A DNA stretch of 64,000 nucleotides from Candidatus Omnitrophota bacterium (GCA_030632085.1 DAOVJY010000001.1:2125-66124); one strand, 5' to 3'. Shown: positions 39,801 to 49,627, numbered from the stretch's first letter. Made by a program: numbers and translations. The notes: generated from the sequence alone by a model not told the origin.

Positions 39801-39999
39801 CTGTAACTAACTTCTCCACTTCTTGGGGAGCCGCTCCGGGATAAACTGTCTGAACAATAACCATATCAAAAGATACTTCAGGAAAGGCCTCACGCCTGAT
39901 ATGATAAACATAGATAGTAACCAGGCCCGCGATAATTATAAATATTGATATAAGATTAACGAGTAATGAATGCCTGACTGAAAATTCTGATATTTTCAT
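36850..39999 (-). CDS. RND-family efflux transporter (AcrB/HAE1-like)
   Basis: 1049 aa, 12-TM RND architecture with two large periplasmic loops. Adjacent TolC-like gene. Confidence 0.9.
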   Translation of the reverse strand: MKISEFSVRHSLLVNLISIFIIIAGLVTIYVYHIRREAFPEVSFDMVIVQTVYPGAAPQEVEKLVTVPMEKELKGVDGIETMVSSSIDNVSSIQLDISQDVKDKDKVVDDIEQAINRVTGLPDDAEEPIVTEITSGVIPIVKIVLSGQMSEEKLQGIAERLEDEIEDVPGVSSISRTGWRDREVWIEIDPAKLKEVHVSLREVMNALGKRNVSIPAGKIRGAEEITIRTTGEFFTLDEIENVIIRANDLGNALKIKDVAKVKFTFEDEDIINKSSGSRSIALTVIKRSSGDAVTIVDEAVRRTEEFISREDENLRVSYIDDLSYYIKRRLGVLKNNGIVGFILVICVLMFFLNHRTALLTALGIPIAFAATVTIMACLGISINLISMFGLIIVLGMVVDDGIIVAENCSRYVEKGYSPRDAAIKGTNEVLKPVITAVLTTIATFFPLFFFPGMMGKFLKNIPAVVIIALVASLLEALIILPSHFTDFIKVPKKGKLDSKKESHWFRHLLKFYTRVLKKALNKRYWVIGGVFMALIATFVLAFLMNFVLFGSEEGIEQFYIRAEAPVGTPLSKTNELIEQVEKMIAEMPEAQLASYTTQVGMMGQSWMFDEYGKSGSHVAQVTVYLTPYTERSKSVSEIIEALRPQMARVEGFNNLYFEKEQEGPPVGMAIAVEIRGESFEILNEIAESIMKYLGTIKGVSDVQNTHEVGRKEIQVVVDEKAAASSYVTIEDIAASVRFAFKGGVATSIKPTKAEEEIDVVVRFPEELRTDKNLFDKIMIPNQYGHLIPLKKVAHLKEKKAVSSISHLDGKRVITVRANVDNKNITSVAANKMLAKEFTGVENKYPGYDVTYGGEQKENEDVAKYFILAFGLALFLIFMILAATFNSMIQPFIVMMAIPFGLIGVIWAFFFHGLPLGFFMMVGFIGLTGIVVNDSIVLVEFINRLRRQGVERGKSIIEGGQLRLRPVILTTVTTVFGLIPVAYGIGGGDPFLKPLALTIVWGIMCATALTLIVLPCIYAIIDDFWEKIAGHATVKKNGRNSSGFMTFFNR

Positions 40000-40014
40000 G
40001 AGTTTTTCTTAATC

Positions 40015-41493
40015 TTACTCTGTTATTTTTATTAAATCATCCGTATCTAAATTAATTATAATATTATTTTTGGCTAATTCAAGCTCTATCCTGGAAACGC
40101 GGTATTCAAGGTATGACGCGGCCAGTGACATCTGCGCGTTTAGTAAATCATTTTGGTATCTTATTAAGATGTCTGAGTTTGATCTGCCGTATTTAGCTCT
40201 TTTTTCTTCGGCTATAAGTTTCTCGGCCTGCAATCTTACAATCTCTTCCCATCTTCGTATTTTCTCCGCGTCAATATTGACCCGTCGAACTCTAATATTT
40301 AATTCACTCGCAATCTCAACTTCCAGTTTTTTTAAGTTGATAAGCGCCTTTTCCTTCAAAAGAACCGCTTGCTTCTTTTGTGCCGCGGCGCTTCTGTTCT
40401 CTAAGGGCATACTAATACTAACTCCTAGATAATATTCAGAATTGTCTTTATCCGCGATATCTTTCAATGACCCCTTGCCGTCGGTGTCTATACCGTTTCT
40501 CTCGTATGTGGCCACCAGATCAATTTCCGGCCAGAGATTATTCTTCTTTATAACCAAATTTATATCTTGAGCCTCAACATTTTTTAAGGCTGCCCGATAA
40601 TCTCTTCTTTTGGCCACGGCATCTTTTAAGTGCGCAATATAATCAGCATTTGTATATGAAGTTACAAGGCTTTCGCTGGGCTTTATGATTTCGCCGGTAT
40701 CAATATTCAACTTAACCTTCAAGAGATTAGAGGCATTAACTATGTTATTTTGGGCTATTTCATAATGTATATTGCTAATGTTAAGGTTAGCTTCACTGGC
40801 ATAGAGATCCGGCTCCTCAGCAATTCCCCTATCAAATCTATCCTGATATATTTCATAAAGATGCTCGGCTCTCTTGAGCATATTATAATTAATCCCTGCC
40901 GCTTTATAAGTATAAACTAAATTCCAATAAGCAATTTCGCAATTAGCCAATGAAGCTTCTATCTTATTTAAACTATCCAGGCTTGCTTGTTCGTAGTTTA
41001 AAGTAGTTATCTTTACATTTCCCCTGTCTTCTAAACCAAAAAAGTTTTTACCCAAAGACTGCCTAATGGTAACTTTTGCCGATGACTCATATGAAGGGCT
41101 GATTATTACCAACTTCGAATCAGAATAGTCTCTTTGGTGAATAAAGTCGGCTTCAATCTTTGTACCGGTAGGAAGTTTTTTACTAATCCCGAAGTTATAC
41201 TCCGTTTCAGTAGATTTACTGGCTGAAGAACTGCTCACTGAGACTAACTCATCATCAGTATAACCGCCGCCGGCTTCAATTAGAATATCAAAAACCGACT
41301 TAGCGCTTTCTATGCTCGCTTTGGAATACTCGGCATCTATTTTAGCTAATTTAATATCTAAATTATTAGCTATAGCTAATTTTAGAGCGTCATCTCTTGA
41401 TAGCTCTATATTCAGATTTTCTGCTCGCGCAAAAATAGGGCAAGCGCAAAATAAGAATATTATGGATACGTATATATATTTTTTAAGGCTCAT
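40015..41493 (-). CDS. TolC-like outer membrane efflux protein
   Basis: 492 aa with signal peptide and duplicated OEP repeats. Upstream of the RND gene on the same strand. Confidence 0.8.
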   Translation of the reverse strand: MSLKKYIYVSIIFLFCACPIFARAENLNIELSRDDALKLAIANNLDIKLAKIDAEYSKASIESAKSVFDILIEAGGGYTDDELVSVSSSSASKSTETEYNFGISKKLPTGTKIEADFIHQRDYSDSKLVIISPSYESSAKVTIRQSLGKNFFGLEDRGNVKITTLNYEQASLDSLNKIEASLANCEIAYWNLVYTYKAAGINYNMLKRAEHLYEIYQDRFDRGIAEEPDLYASEANLNISNIHYEIAQNNIVNASNLLKVKLNIDTGEIIKPSESLVTSYTNADYIAHLKDAVAKRRDYRAALKNVEAQDINLVIKKNNLWPEIDLVATYERNGIDTDGKGSLKDIADKDNSEYYLGVSISMPLENRSAAAQKKQAVLLKEKALINLKKLEVEIASELNIRVRRVNIDAEKIRRWEEIVRLQAEKLIAEEKRAKYGRSNSDILIRYQNDLLNAQMSLAASYLEYRVSRIELELAKNNIIINLDTDDLIKITE

Positions 41494-41574
41494 TTTATTT
41501 ACCTATGCCGTTATATAAAACATTGTACATAAAGTAACTATATCATTTATTTACTATGAAATCAAATGAAGAGA

Positions 41575-41652
41575 AAGCAAGACACAAGACACAAGACACA
41601 AAACACAAGTCATAAGTCATAAGTCATAAGTCACAAGCAAAAAACAAAAAGC
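41575..41652. repeat. AC-rich degenerate tandem tract (same family, opposite orientation)
   Basis: gcaagacacaagacacaagacacaaaacacaagtcataagtcataagtcataagtcacaagc on the plus strand, upstream of the plus-strand MATE gene. Confidence 0.65.
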
Positions 41653-41768
41653 TTACAGCTCTCAGCTATCAGCCATCAGCTAAACGCTAAAAAAATAGCG
41701 GTAAAAAGGAAAGTCAAAAATATATTCCTTGAAATCTCCTGAGTTATATAAGATAATAAATCCTAATT

Positions 41769-43151
41769 ATGATTAAATTCTTCAAAAGAAATAAAACTAC
41801 TCCCAACCTAACAGAGGGTGATATTCTAAATAGCATTTTCATACTTGCCCTGCCCCTTTTAGTCCGGGCTGTCCTTGGTTCTTTTCAGTCGGTTATAGAT
41901 ATGTTCTGGGTCGGAAAACTTGGCCCAACGGCGCTAGCGGGCGTAGCTATGGGTGGAACTATTGTAATGGTCCTGTTTCCGCTTTTAATAGGTATCGGCA
42001 CCGGTACGACTGTAATGGTGGCTAGAGCCATAGGCGCGAAAAATCAGGAAGCGGCTGATAACGCGGCCACTCAATCAATTATTATAGCTCTCATTACAGC
42101 CGCGATTTTATGTTTAATTGGAATCTTATTTTCACGACAACTTCTAGAGTTACTGCAGGCAAGCCCCGAAGTTACAATTATAGGCCAAGGGTACCTTAAA
42201 GTTATTCTAGCGGGTGGTATTGCTATGACCATGCTTTTTCTGTGCGGTTCCATTTTACAAGGCGCCGGGGATACTATAACTCCTATGAAAATTATGGGGC
42301 TGTCTGTTGTCGTGAATATTATCATTGACCCTTTTTTGATTTTTGGCTGGTGCGGCCTGCCGGCATTAGGAGTCAAAGGCGCGGCCCTGGCTACTATTAT
42401 CGCGGAAGGCGCGGGAGCAATCATTTTACTGTATATATTATTTAAAGGTAAATCACATATACATATCAGGTTTGATAAATACAAAATAAATTTTGCGGCT
42501 ATCTGCCAGATATTTAAAATAGGCATACCTTCTTCTCTTCAAATGTTATTTCGGCACTTGATGAATTTAGTCCTAATGGGCATAGTGGCTACTTACGGAA
42601 CTTATGCCGTAGCCGCCTACGGCATTGGTTTGCGCCTGAGAATGATGTTTTTACTGCCCGCCTTCGCGTTTGGAACCGCGGCCGCGACCCTGGTTGGCCA
42701 AAACCTTGGAGCCCAACAACCTGAAAGAGCGCACAAAACAACCTGGCTGGCTGTACTGATAAATGCGGCTGTTATGGCATTTATAGGTATAGTCTTATTT
42801 ATATTTTCAGATACTATTATTAGCATCTTTAATAAAAATACTGACGTGGTCTTAATCGGGACAAGATACCTAAAAATAACTTCTCTCTTCTTCCCGGCCA
42901 TCGCCTTTGGGGTGGTTTGCGGAAGAGCTATTAACGGCGCCGGGGACACTATCCCGCCTATGATAATATCCTTTGTTTCTCTCTGGCTTATTCAAATACC
43001 CCTGGCTCTTATTTTGCCAAAATATACAATTTTAGGGCTTGACGGCATCTGGTGGGCTATATCAATAGCCACACTCACACAAGGCATATTAGCTTTCTTG
43101 TGGTTTGAAAGAGGAACCTGGAAACTAAAAAAGGTACATTTATATACATAA
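41769..43151 (+). CDS. MATE-family efflux transporter (NorM/DinF-like)
   Basis: 460 aa, 12 TM, MatE duplicated halves. Confidence 0.85.
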   Translation: MIKFFKRNKTTPNLTEGDILNSIFILALPLLVRAVLGSFQSVIDMFWVGKLGPTALAGVAMGGTIVMVLFPLLIGIGTGTTVMVARAIGAKNQEAADNAATQSIIIALITAAILCLIGILFSRQLLELLQASPEVTIIGQGYLKVILAGGIAMTMLFLCGSILQGAGDTITPMKIMGLSVVVNIIIDPFLIFGWCGLPALGVKGAALATIIAEGAGAIILLYILFKGKSHIHIRFDKYKINFAAICQIFKIGIPSSLQMLFRHLMNLVLMGIVATYGTYAVAAYGIGLRLRMMFLLPAFAFGTAAATLVGQNLGAQQPERAHKTTWLAVLINAAVMAFIGIVLFIFSDTIISIFNKNTDVVLIGTRYLKITSLFFPAIAFGVVCGRAINGAGDTIPPMIISFVSLWLIQIPLALILPKYTILGLDGIWWAISIATLTQGILAFLWFERGTWKLKKVHLYT

Positions 43152-45352
43152 TGGAAATCAAAGAGCTGTGCGAAAAGTTTAATTTAACACAAGAAGTAGC
43201 TGATATTCTCGCTAAAAAAGGCTATAAAAAGTTACATCCTCCTCAAGTGACGGCCTTAAAATCAGGCGTCTTAGAAGGTAAAAACTTTGTACTTGCCATG
43301 CCGACAGCCAGCGGCAAAACACTTATCGCTGAATTAGCTATGGTAAAATCAATTTTATCTAAAAACGGTAAGGCCTTATATGTTGTTCCTTTAAGGGCAT
43401 TAGCCAGTGAAAAATACGAAGACCTCAAAGAAAAGTATTCACAGTTGGGGCTTAAAATAGCTTTAGCTACAGGCGACTATGATATACCATCAAAGTCTTT
43501 AGCAAATTATGATATTATTGTATCTACTTCGGAAAAAGTTGACTCACTCTTAAGATTCAGGGCTCGGTGGCTGACTGAAAGTTTAACTATAGCCGTTTTT
43601 GATGAAATTCACCTTATAGATGACAGTTCCAGGGGCCCAACATTAGAAATCCTTATAGCCAGGCTCAAACAAGCTAACTCCTCCATACAGCTTGTTGGCT
43701 TATCGGCTACTATAAAAAACGCGAACCAAATCGCCTCCTGGCTTGAGGCTGAGTGCTTCTTGAGCAGCTGGCGGCCGGTTAAACTCAAAGAAGGTGTCTA
43801 TTATGATAAGGTTATCTATTTTGAAGATGGAGATAAAAGGGAGGTTTCCGGCTCCTCAACCACGGGCATTAACTCTCTCTGCATTGAAACAATCCGGGAA
43901 AACGGCCAGGTCTTAGTTTTTGTAAGCACCAGGCGTTCCACTCAAGCGGAAGCCAGACGCATCGCGACTATCTTAAGTAAAGCCTTAACTGACGAAGAAA
44001 AAATCATCTTGAATCACCTTTCTAAAAAAATAAAAACCTCTTCCTCTGAATCCACTAAAGTAGCGATTGAATTAGCCGAGTGTATAAATAGCGGCGTTGC
44101 CTTCCATCATGCGGGCCTAACTCACAATCTAAGAAAACTCGTTGAAGATAACTTTAAGAAAAATATTATAAAGGTTATTTGCTGCACACCTACCCTGGCC
44201 GCGGGCGTCAACTTACCGGCCAGAAGAGTAATCATCAGAGATTATAAAAGATTTGAATCAAGTATCGGCTCTCATTATATCGCGGTTTTTGAATATAAAC
44301 AAATGCGCGGACGCGCGGGAAGGCCTAAATATGATACCTATGGCGAGTCCATATTAATCGCCAAGTCGCAAGATGAAAAAGATGCTCTTTTTGAAGACTT
44401 TGTCCACGCTGAACCTGAACCTATTATTTCAAAATTAGGACAAGAAAACGTCCTTTGCACGCATATACTTTCATCTATCGCGGCCGGATATGTACATACT
44501 GAAAAAGGCCTTATGGATTTTTTATCAAACACCTTCTTCGCCATCCAGGAAGACCCGCAAGTACTTTGCTATTTGACTGATAAAGTTATTGATTTTTTAT
44601 GCTTTGAGGAACTAATCACCTCCGATAATGGAAAATACAGAGCAACGGCTTTTGGCAACCTGATCTCAAGGCTATATATTAACCCTCAAACAGGGGTTAT
44701 TATCAGAAAAGGCCTTAAGAACTCAATGGAAATACATCCCTCAACTATAGCCTTATTACATTTAATCAGCAGTTGCCCTAATATGCCTAATATAAGATTA
44801 AATAAAAAGAATAAAGATGAAGTAGAAATGTTTTTCGGCCTCAACAGCGATAATCTTTTACTGCCGTTTCAAAGATACTACAGCCATTCGGACTATAATA
44901 TGTATTTACAATCGTTAACCACCGCTTTAATGTTCAATGAATGGGTGGAGGAAACAAAAGAAGACAGTATCTGCGATAAATATCCTGTAGGCCCGGGAGA
45001 CATCAGGCGACTAATCGAAACAGCCAAATGGCTTTTATATTCCAGCGAACAGATAGCCGCTCTTTTTAACATCAATATTGTCGCCTCTAAGCTCCAAGCC
45101 CTTCAAAAAAGAATTCAATATGGCATAAAAGAAGAACTGCTTTCATTGGTCAGCATTAGAAGCGTGGGGCGTGTAAGGGCCAGAAACTTATTTTCCGCCG
45201 GCATAAAAAACCCCTTTGATATTAAGAGAGTTAATCTTGACGCCCTCATAAAAGCGGGCGGAATCGGTAAGACGGTTGCCGCGGGAATTAAGAAACACGT
45301 CGAAAGTGATAAATTCAATCCTTCAATACTGCTCAGGATTGACCCTGAGTAA
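43151..45352 (+). CDS. Ski2-like superfamily-2 DNA helicase of the Hel308/Hjm type
   Basis: Motif I MPTASGKT, motif II FDEIHLIDD, SAT motif LSATIKN, motif VI QMRGRAGR, winged-helix/ratchet region and C-terminal HhH domain (VSIRSVGRVRARNLFSAGIKNPFD). ~730 aa as in archaeal Hel308. Its start ATG overlaps the MATE stop (taATGg). Confidence 0.8.
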   Translation: MEIKELCEKFNLTQEVADILAKKGYKKLHPPQVTALKSGVLEGKNFVLAMPTASGKTLIAELAMVKSILSKNGKALYVVPLRALASEKYEDLKEKYSQLGLKIALATGDYDIPSKSLANYDIIVSTSEKVDSLLRFRARWLTESLTIAVFDEIHLIDDSSRGPTLEILIARLKQANSSIQLVGLSATIKNANQIASWLEAECFLSSWRPVKLKEGVYYDKVIYFEDGDKREVSGSSTTGINSLCIETIRENGQVLVFVSTRRSTQAEARRIATILSKALTDEEKIILNHLSKKIKTSSSESTKVAIELAECINSGVAFHHAGLTHNLRKLVEDNFKKNIIKVICCTPTLAAGVNLPARRVIIRDYKRFESSIGSHYIAVFEYKQMRGRAGRPKYDTYGESILIAKSQDEKDALFEDFVHAEPEPIISKLGQENVLCTHILSSIAAGYVHTEKGLMDFLSNTFFAIQEDPQVLCYLTDKVIDFLCFEELITSDNGKYRATAFGNLISRLYINPQTGVIIRKGLKNSMEIHPSTIALLHLISSCPNMPNIRLNKKNKDEVEMFFGLNSDNLLLPFQRYYSHSDYNMYLQSLTTALMFNEWVEETKEDSICDKYPVGPGDIRRLIETAKWLLYSSEQIAALFNINIVASKLQALQKRIQYGIKEELLSLVSIRSVGRVRARNLFSAGIKNPFDIKRVNLDALIKAGGIGKTVAAGIKKHVESDKFNPSILLRIDPE

Positions 45353-45367
45353 ATTGAAGGGTCAAAA
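45316..45367. repeat. Nested palindromic element B, copy 2
   Basis: caatccttcaatactgctcaggattgaccctgagtaaattgaagggtcaaaaa. It encodes the last ~12 codons (NPSILLRIDPE) and the stop of the helicase ORF. Confidence 0.7.
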
Positions 45368-45417
45368 AAACTAGGCCAAAAAAGAGATAAAAAAACGGTC
45401 GCTGTCCCTATTTTACA

Positions 45418-47556
45418 CTATTTTTTGTGCACTTGCTCCAGCCTACCGTCCTGGCTCCGGGGCGCAGTAGGAGCTCGCCAGTTCCAATCAACATTGGGCT
45501 CCCAGTTACTGTCTTTCATAGGTGAAATAATAATATCAATCGGCTCACTAAAGAGACCGCTGCAGTTAAAGACGGCTTCTAAATTACTTCCATTACTGAG
45601 GCTAAATAAACCAATTGATAACATATCGCGTAAATCATCAAAACCATCAATATCATAGGCGTCAAGGAGGTTATCGAGATCATCAACGCCGTCAGCACCA
45701 CCCGCTTTATTTATAACATAAAATTCAGCTTTTAAAGTACGCTCATCGCCAATCTTAATCTCAAACCCATCGCCTACTTGCTCTACATCCCCATAATAAT
45801 CATTAATATTGCTATATTCAACCATGTCGTTCACCTTAAACTCATAATCTGAAACAGCTTGATACCGGTCCCCGACTCCACCATTTATCCCACCAAAGTA
45901 AACAGTCTCCTTAATAGAGTCATTATTATGGGCTAAATCTATTTCCATTTTTGTCGGATAAGCAAGTTTAGAATTACTCATCTTCACTTGATAATAAGTC
46001 CCGTTATCACTGGTAATTATATAAATATCGTCATCCTCAAACACATTTAAATAATCCTGCCAAGGCAATTCATTTAGCTCATCACCTTCAATATCTCTAT
46101 TAAAGGTAGTTGTGAAACTCAATGTCGATAACCCATGCCTGCCGCCTTGTTCGCTGGCATCAGCCGTACGTAAGTTTATATCCAGAATCTGAACCTGATT
46201 ATCAGCCGGGCGCATGATGTATTGCTCAACCCTTACTCTATTGCCATGCATATCTTTCATGACTTTATGCATTTGAGCATCAGATAATTGAGTCACGCGG
46301 GCATCCATATCGCGCCAATAAATATCTTTCCTATGTTGAGCAATATCATTCCTGATATCGCCTTCTTCAATAAGGTTGTAAAACTCCTGCCTCATTTCAT
46401 ATCGAGAACCATATCTATCTGAATGAATTGCACTATCATCAGCAAACGCGTCTTCATTATTACCCCAACCATCCGAATCAGAATCATACTGATCGTAATA
46501 ATCCCTCGGGAAGGCATCGCCGGAATTAACAACTCCATCACCGTCTATATCACCATCAAACTCATCATCAACTCCATCACCATCTAAATCATTGCCTGAG
46601 GCACGGTTTGGATCGGTAGGATATAAATCGTCTTTATCTAAAACGCCATCGCCATCACTATCCTTATCCGTATCGCCTCTTAAAGCTGAACCCTGAACAT
46701 TCTGTTCATTTTTCTTATTATCTCTGGCGTCTTTAGATTTACTATCTAAATTTTTACTCATATTGGAAGCATCTTTATTAAGATTACTGCCGGCACCTTC
46801 AGGAGGCGCTGTGTATGGGTCGGCGGTTTTACCTGACGGCCTGGAAAGGTTTTCATTGCAGAATTCACCCAAATCTTTCACCCACGAATTCCATCTTCTT
46901 TTCTGCCAGGAACCAATTCTTTTAGTTGGGCCTATAAAGCCTCCGCCTCCCATAGTTTTCTTATGGCCTTCATTTATATTAGACTGATCGCCTCTTGGCC
47001 GTCCCTGATCATCTAAGGGCTGCATGAATATTTTATTTTCAAAACAATAAGCGATGGTTTTAGGATTATGGGTTACTTTCCAGCCGGTACCCTTGGCGCC
47101 GCAAATAGCCACAGGTGTCTTTATTTCAAAATGAGTACCTTTACCGGTTTTTTGTAAAATACAGGAGAGTTCACCTTTATCAAGTAAAATTTGCGTATTA
47201 TCAGGTGATATTCTGGTAAGTTCAATAAAAGAAGCGCGTTCTACGCGTACCACATTTTTCTTAGCTGATTCCTCGGCATAGTTAAGCATAAGCTCAATAT
47301 AAGAAGCGGTTTTACCTGTCTTAATCCTAGTGCCGCTTTTTAACTTCATACCTACCGCGGGTATCATCCAGTCATTATCGTTCTTTTTCTGGATTTTAAC
47401 GTTGCCTTTGTAGCGAATTACCACAGCATCAGTTCCGGTAAATTTAATATCGCTAAGACTACTATCGTCCGCGGAACATATATCCGCCACGATAAACAAT
47501 GTCCCGATAAAGCCAAAGACTATAAATATAAAGAGACAAAAACGAATGAATTTCAT
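45418..47556 (-). CDS. Secreted FecR-like domain protein with Asp-rich thrombospondin-type-3-like calcium-binding repeats
   Basis: Signal peptide; FecR-like beta domain near the N-terminus; DTDKDSDGDGVLDKDD / DLDGDGVDDEFDGDIDGDGVVNSGD repeats. Confidence 0.5.
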   Translation of the reverse strand: MKFIRFCLFIFIVFGFIGTLFIVADICSADDSSLSDIKFTGTDAVVIRYKGNVKIQKKNDNDWMIPAVGMKLKSGTRIKTGKTASYIELMLNYAEESAKKNVVRVERASFIELTRISPDNTQILLDKGELSCILQKTGKGTHFEIKTPVAICGAKGTGWKVTHNPKTIAYCFENKIFMQPLDDQGRPRGDQSNINEGHKKTMGGGGFIGPTKRIGSWQKRRWNSWVKDLGEFCNENLSRPSGKTADPYTAPPEGAGSNLNKDASNMSKNLDSKSKDARDNKKNEQNVQGSALRGDTDKDSDGDGVLDKDDLYPTDPNRASGNDLDGDGVDDEFDGDIDGDGVVNSGDAFPRDYYDQYDSDSDGWGNNEDAFADDSAIHSDRYGSRYEMRQEFYNLIEEGDIRNDIAQHRKDIYWRDMDARVTQLSDAQMHKVMKDMHGNRVRVEQYIMRPADNQVQILDINLRTADASEQGGRHGLSTLSFTTTFNRDIEGDELNELPWQDYLNVFEDDDIYIITSDNGTYYQVKMSNSKLAYPTKMEIDLAHNNDSIKETVYFGGINGGVGDRYQAVSDYEFKVNDMVEYSNINDYYGDVEQVGDGFEIKIGDERTLKAEFYVINKAGGADGVDDLDNLLDAYDIDGFDDLRDMLSIGLFSLSNGSNLEAVFNCSGLFSEPIDIIISPMKDSNWEPNVDWNWRAPTAPRSQDGRLEQVHKK

Positions 47557-47705
47557 AATACACCTCTTGTCCTGAGTTTCGCTTGTAGAATTAAATACAC
47601 GTTATAAAGTCATAAAAAACTATTTATACTATATCAGAGAGGCTTATTCCAGTCAAGTAAAAATTCTTGCTATTCTTCTTCAAAAAATTGCTATTAAATA
47701 ACAAC

Positions 47706-48311
47706 TTAATCTTTAAGATGATAATCAATAAACTGTGAGAGGAGTTCTCTGACAGTTTCCGGCGGACGGACAATAAAGTAGTGGTTTACAATCGCGTGGC
47801 CCAACTCATGCGCCAAAACATTCTCATTAATTCTATCTTCCGTAGTATATATCGTGTTATTTTCATATACGTAAAACGAATAAAGATGTCTACGCTCACC
47901 CATAATTTCTTCATAGGCATCATCGAGCATTTTTGTGGCTTTATAAAAAACCACGTTAACATGAAAATCGGCGGGATACATATCAAGTATCTGCTCCGAC
48001 CTTAAAAGAATTATGTCACATTTCAGGGCAACTCTTTTCGAAACACTGCCCTCGGCTTTAAGAGCGTTTTTTTCTGTCGCGAGGATATTAATAAATTTAA
48101 TGTTCAAACGCTTATCTAATTTATCAAAGTCGATATTGCCCACAAAATAAAGCGTACAATATTCACCTTCAACCTTATAAGCATTGTTCAATTCATCCGC
48201 CGGTACCCCGGATGAAAAAACAGAAATAAGCAAGGCGCTTATAAATAGAACTAACGCGAAAGCACGAGTTCCATTAAAGCTTGAACGTATTGATTTCCCG
48301 GGAGATATCAT
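47706..48311 (-). CDS. Secreted putative zinc metallopeptidase-like protein (HExxH)
   Basis: Signal peptide and a single HELGHAIVNH motif near the C-terminus. No other family assignment possible. Confidence 0.4.
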   Translation of the reverse strand: MISPGKSIRSSFNGTRAFALVLFISALLISVFSSGVPADELNNAYKVEGEYCTLYFVGNIDFDKLDKRLNIKFINILATEKNALKAEGSVSKRVALKCDIILLRSEQILDMYPADFHVNVVFYKATKMLDDAYEEIMGERRHLYSFYVYENNTIYTTEDRINENVLAHELGHAIVNHYFIVRPPETVRELLSQFIDYHLKD

Positions 48312-48831
48312 CTATAAGCTCTTTAGCCTCTTTACTTGTTTGATTTTTATCAGACTGTTTTTCCGCAATCAGAGAAAGAGCGTCTATCTTCTCTCTAAGT
48401 GATGAAATTCGCCTATTTAACGATTTGACCATTATATCTAAACTTTCGGCTACAATTTGCAGCTGATCCGCGGAACGCAGTTTTACTTCAAGGCTCAAGT
48501 TTCCATCTGTCACCTCTCGCGCCACTCTCTCAAATCTATATGCCGGGCCAACTATTTTATGTGATAAAAATAATGTAATTGAAATTACAGCCAAACTAAT
48601 TATAACTGTTGTAATTAGAGCTGTTAAAACCATCGAAGGTAAAAGGTAGTCCGCGGTAGACTTAATCACCAGCCTCGAATTTTCAAAAGCGGTAGTGCAG
48701 CTGGTCATTGAAAACATATACACCAAAGCGCCAAATACCAAACACGCCAAAGCTATAAGAAGGCAAAACTTAATTATAAATTTTGATTGAAAACTCTTGT
48801 TAATGTAATATTTTCTTCTTTTATTTGACAT
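48274..48831 (-). CDS. Membrane protein with HAMP domain
   Basis: Two TM segments flanking a short loop, followed by a HAMP-like amphipathic region (VGPAYRFERVAREVTDGNLSLEV...). Its 3' end overlaps the downstream ORF by ~38 nt, so the start is uncertain. Confidence 0.4.
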   Translation of the reverse strand: MSNKRRKYYINKSFQSKFIIKFCLLIALACLVFGALVYMFSMTSCTTAFENSRLVIKSTADYLLPSMVLTALITTVIISLAVISITLFLSHKIVGPAYRFERVAREVTDGNLSLEVKLRSADQLQIVAESLDIMVKSLNRRISSLREKIDALSLIAEKQSDKNQTSKEAKELIDDISREINTFKL

Positions 48832-48846
48832 TCAAAGCCTCCAATT

Positions 48847-49419
48847 TTATTCTAAGTTAATTTGCTTAAGAACCTCTTCATTAATTTTGATGTAAGATTT
48901 ATCTTTTAATTCTTCAATCCAGCCTCTCATCATGGCAGTCTCTTTTTCACATCTGATGATTCTTTTAATCTCGGGCTTAACTTCCGCCAAAATCTCCACA
49001 TCGGGATTCTTCTCCTTGAGAACTTTGTAATACGCCTGAATCTCATTATCATAAATAAAAACCTGATCAGATATCTCTTTTGCCTTTTTTTCAATTAACA
49101 TAATAAGTAAAGTTTGTTTCCAGTAACTCTCTATTTTTTTTCTGAACCTTTCATCTTTATCTAAGTTGAGGCTCTGAGCCTCCCGCAAAAGTACTTCTTT
49201 CTCTATGACATCATTTAAGGCGTTTAGCCTGCCCGCGTACGTTTTTATGCTCCGCGGCCTATAAAGAGATAGGCTTTTAATATCCTCCTTAAAATCATTA
49301 ACACTCATATAATAGGAATCAATTTGGGCGACCGTTTCAGAACTTTTTGAATTTTCCGAACAATTAATTTGTAAAATGGCTAAAATTGATATGCTAACGC
49401 AAAGTAAAATTTTACGCAT
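48847..49419 (-). CDS. Periplasmic SurA-N-terminal-domain-like chaperone lipoprotein (hypothetical)
   Basis: Signal peptide with ...LQINCSE lipobox-like cysteine; helical domain resembling the SurA N-terminal chaperone domain. Confidence 0.35.
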   Translation of the reverse strand: MRKILLCVSISILAILQINCSENSKSSETVAQIDSYYMSVNDFKEDIKSLSLYRPRSIKTYAGRLNALNDVIEKEVLLREAQSLNLDKDERFRKKIESYWKQTLLIMLIEKKAKEISDQVFIYDNEIQAYYKVLKEKNPDVEILAEVKPEIKRIIRCEKETAMMRGWIEELKDKSYIKINEEVLKQINLE

Positions 49420-49627
49420 TACATCTCTCCCTTGAGTAGTTTAAGTTAACGTCACATGACATAACGTAAATAAAAAACCGCCTTTAAAATCAATATATTA
49501 CGCTTCTTATAAGCCATTTGTCAAGCGCCATTAAATAAGGTAGATTTATCTTTACATAATAAATAGTATATACTATAATTATTAATTAGTGTAAGTAATG
49601 ATTCAATATTTATAAAGGGGCGGGAGG

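Noticed and set aside
45316-45367. Element B as a bidirectional intrinsic terminator between convergent helicase and FecR-like genes.
   Set aside because: The hairpins are not followed by a U-tract on either strand.
47706-48831. 38-nt overlap between the HExxH ORF and the HAMP ORF as evidence of a fused or frameshifted gene.
   Set aside because: Different frames and unrelated domain content. It is more likely that the downstream gene uses a later start codon.
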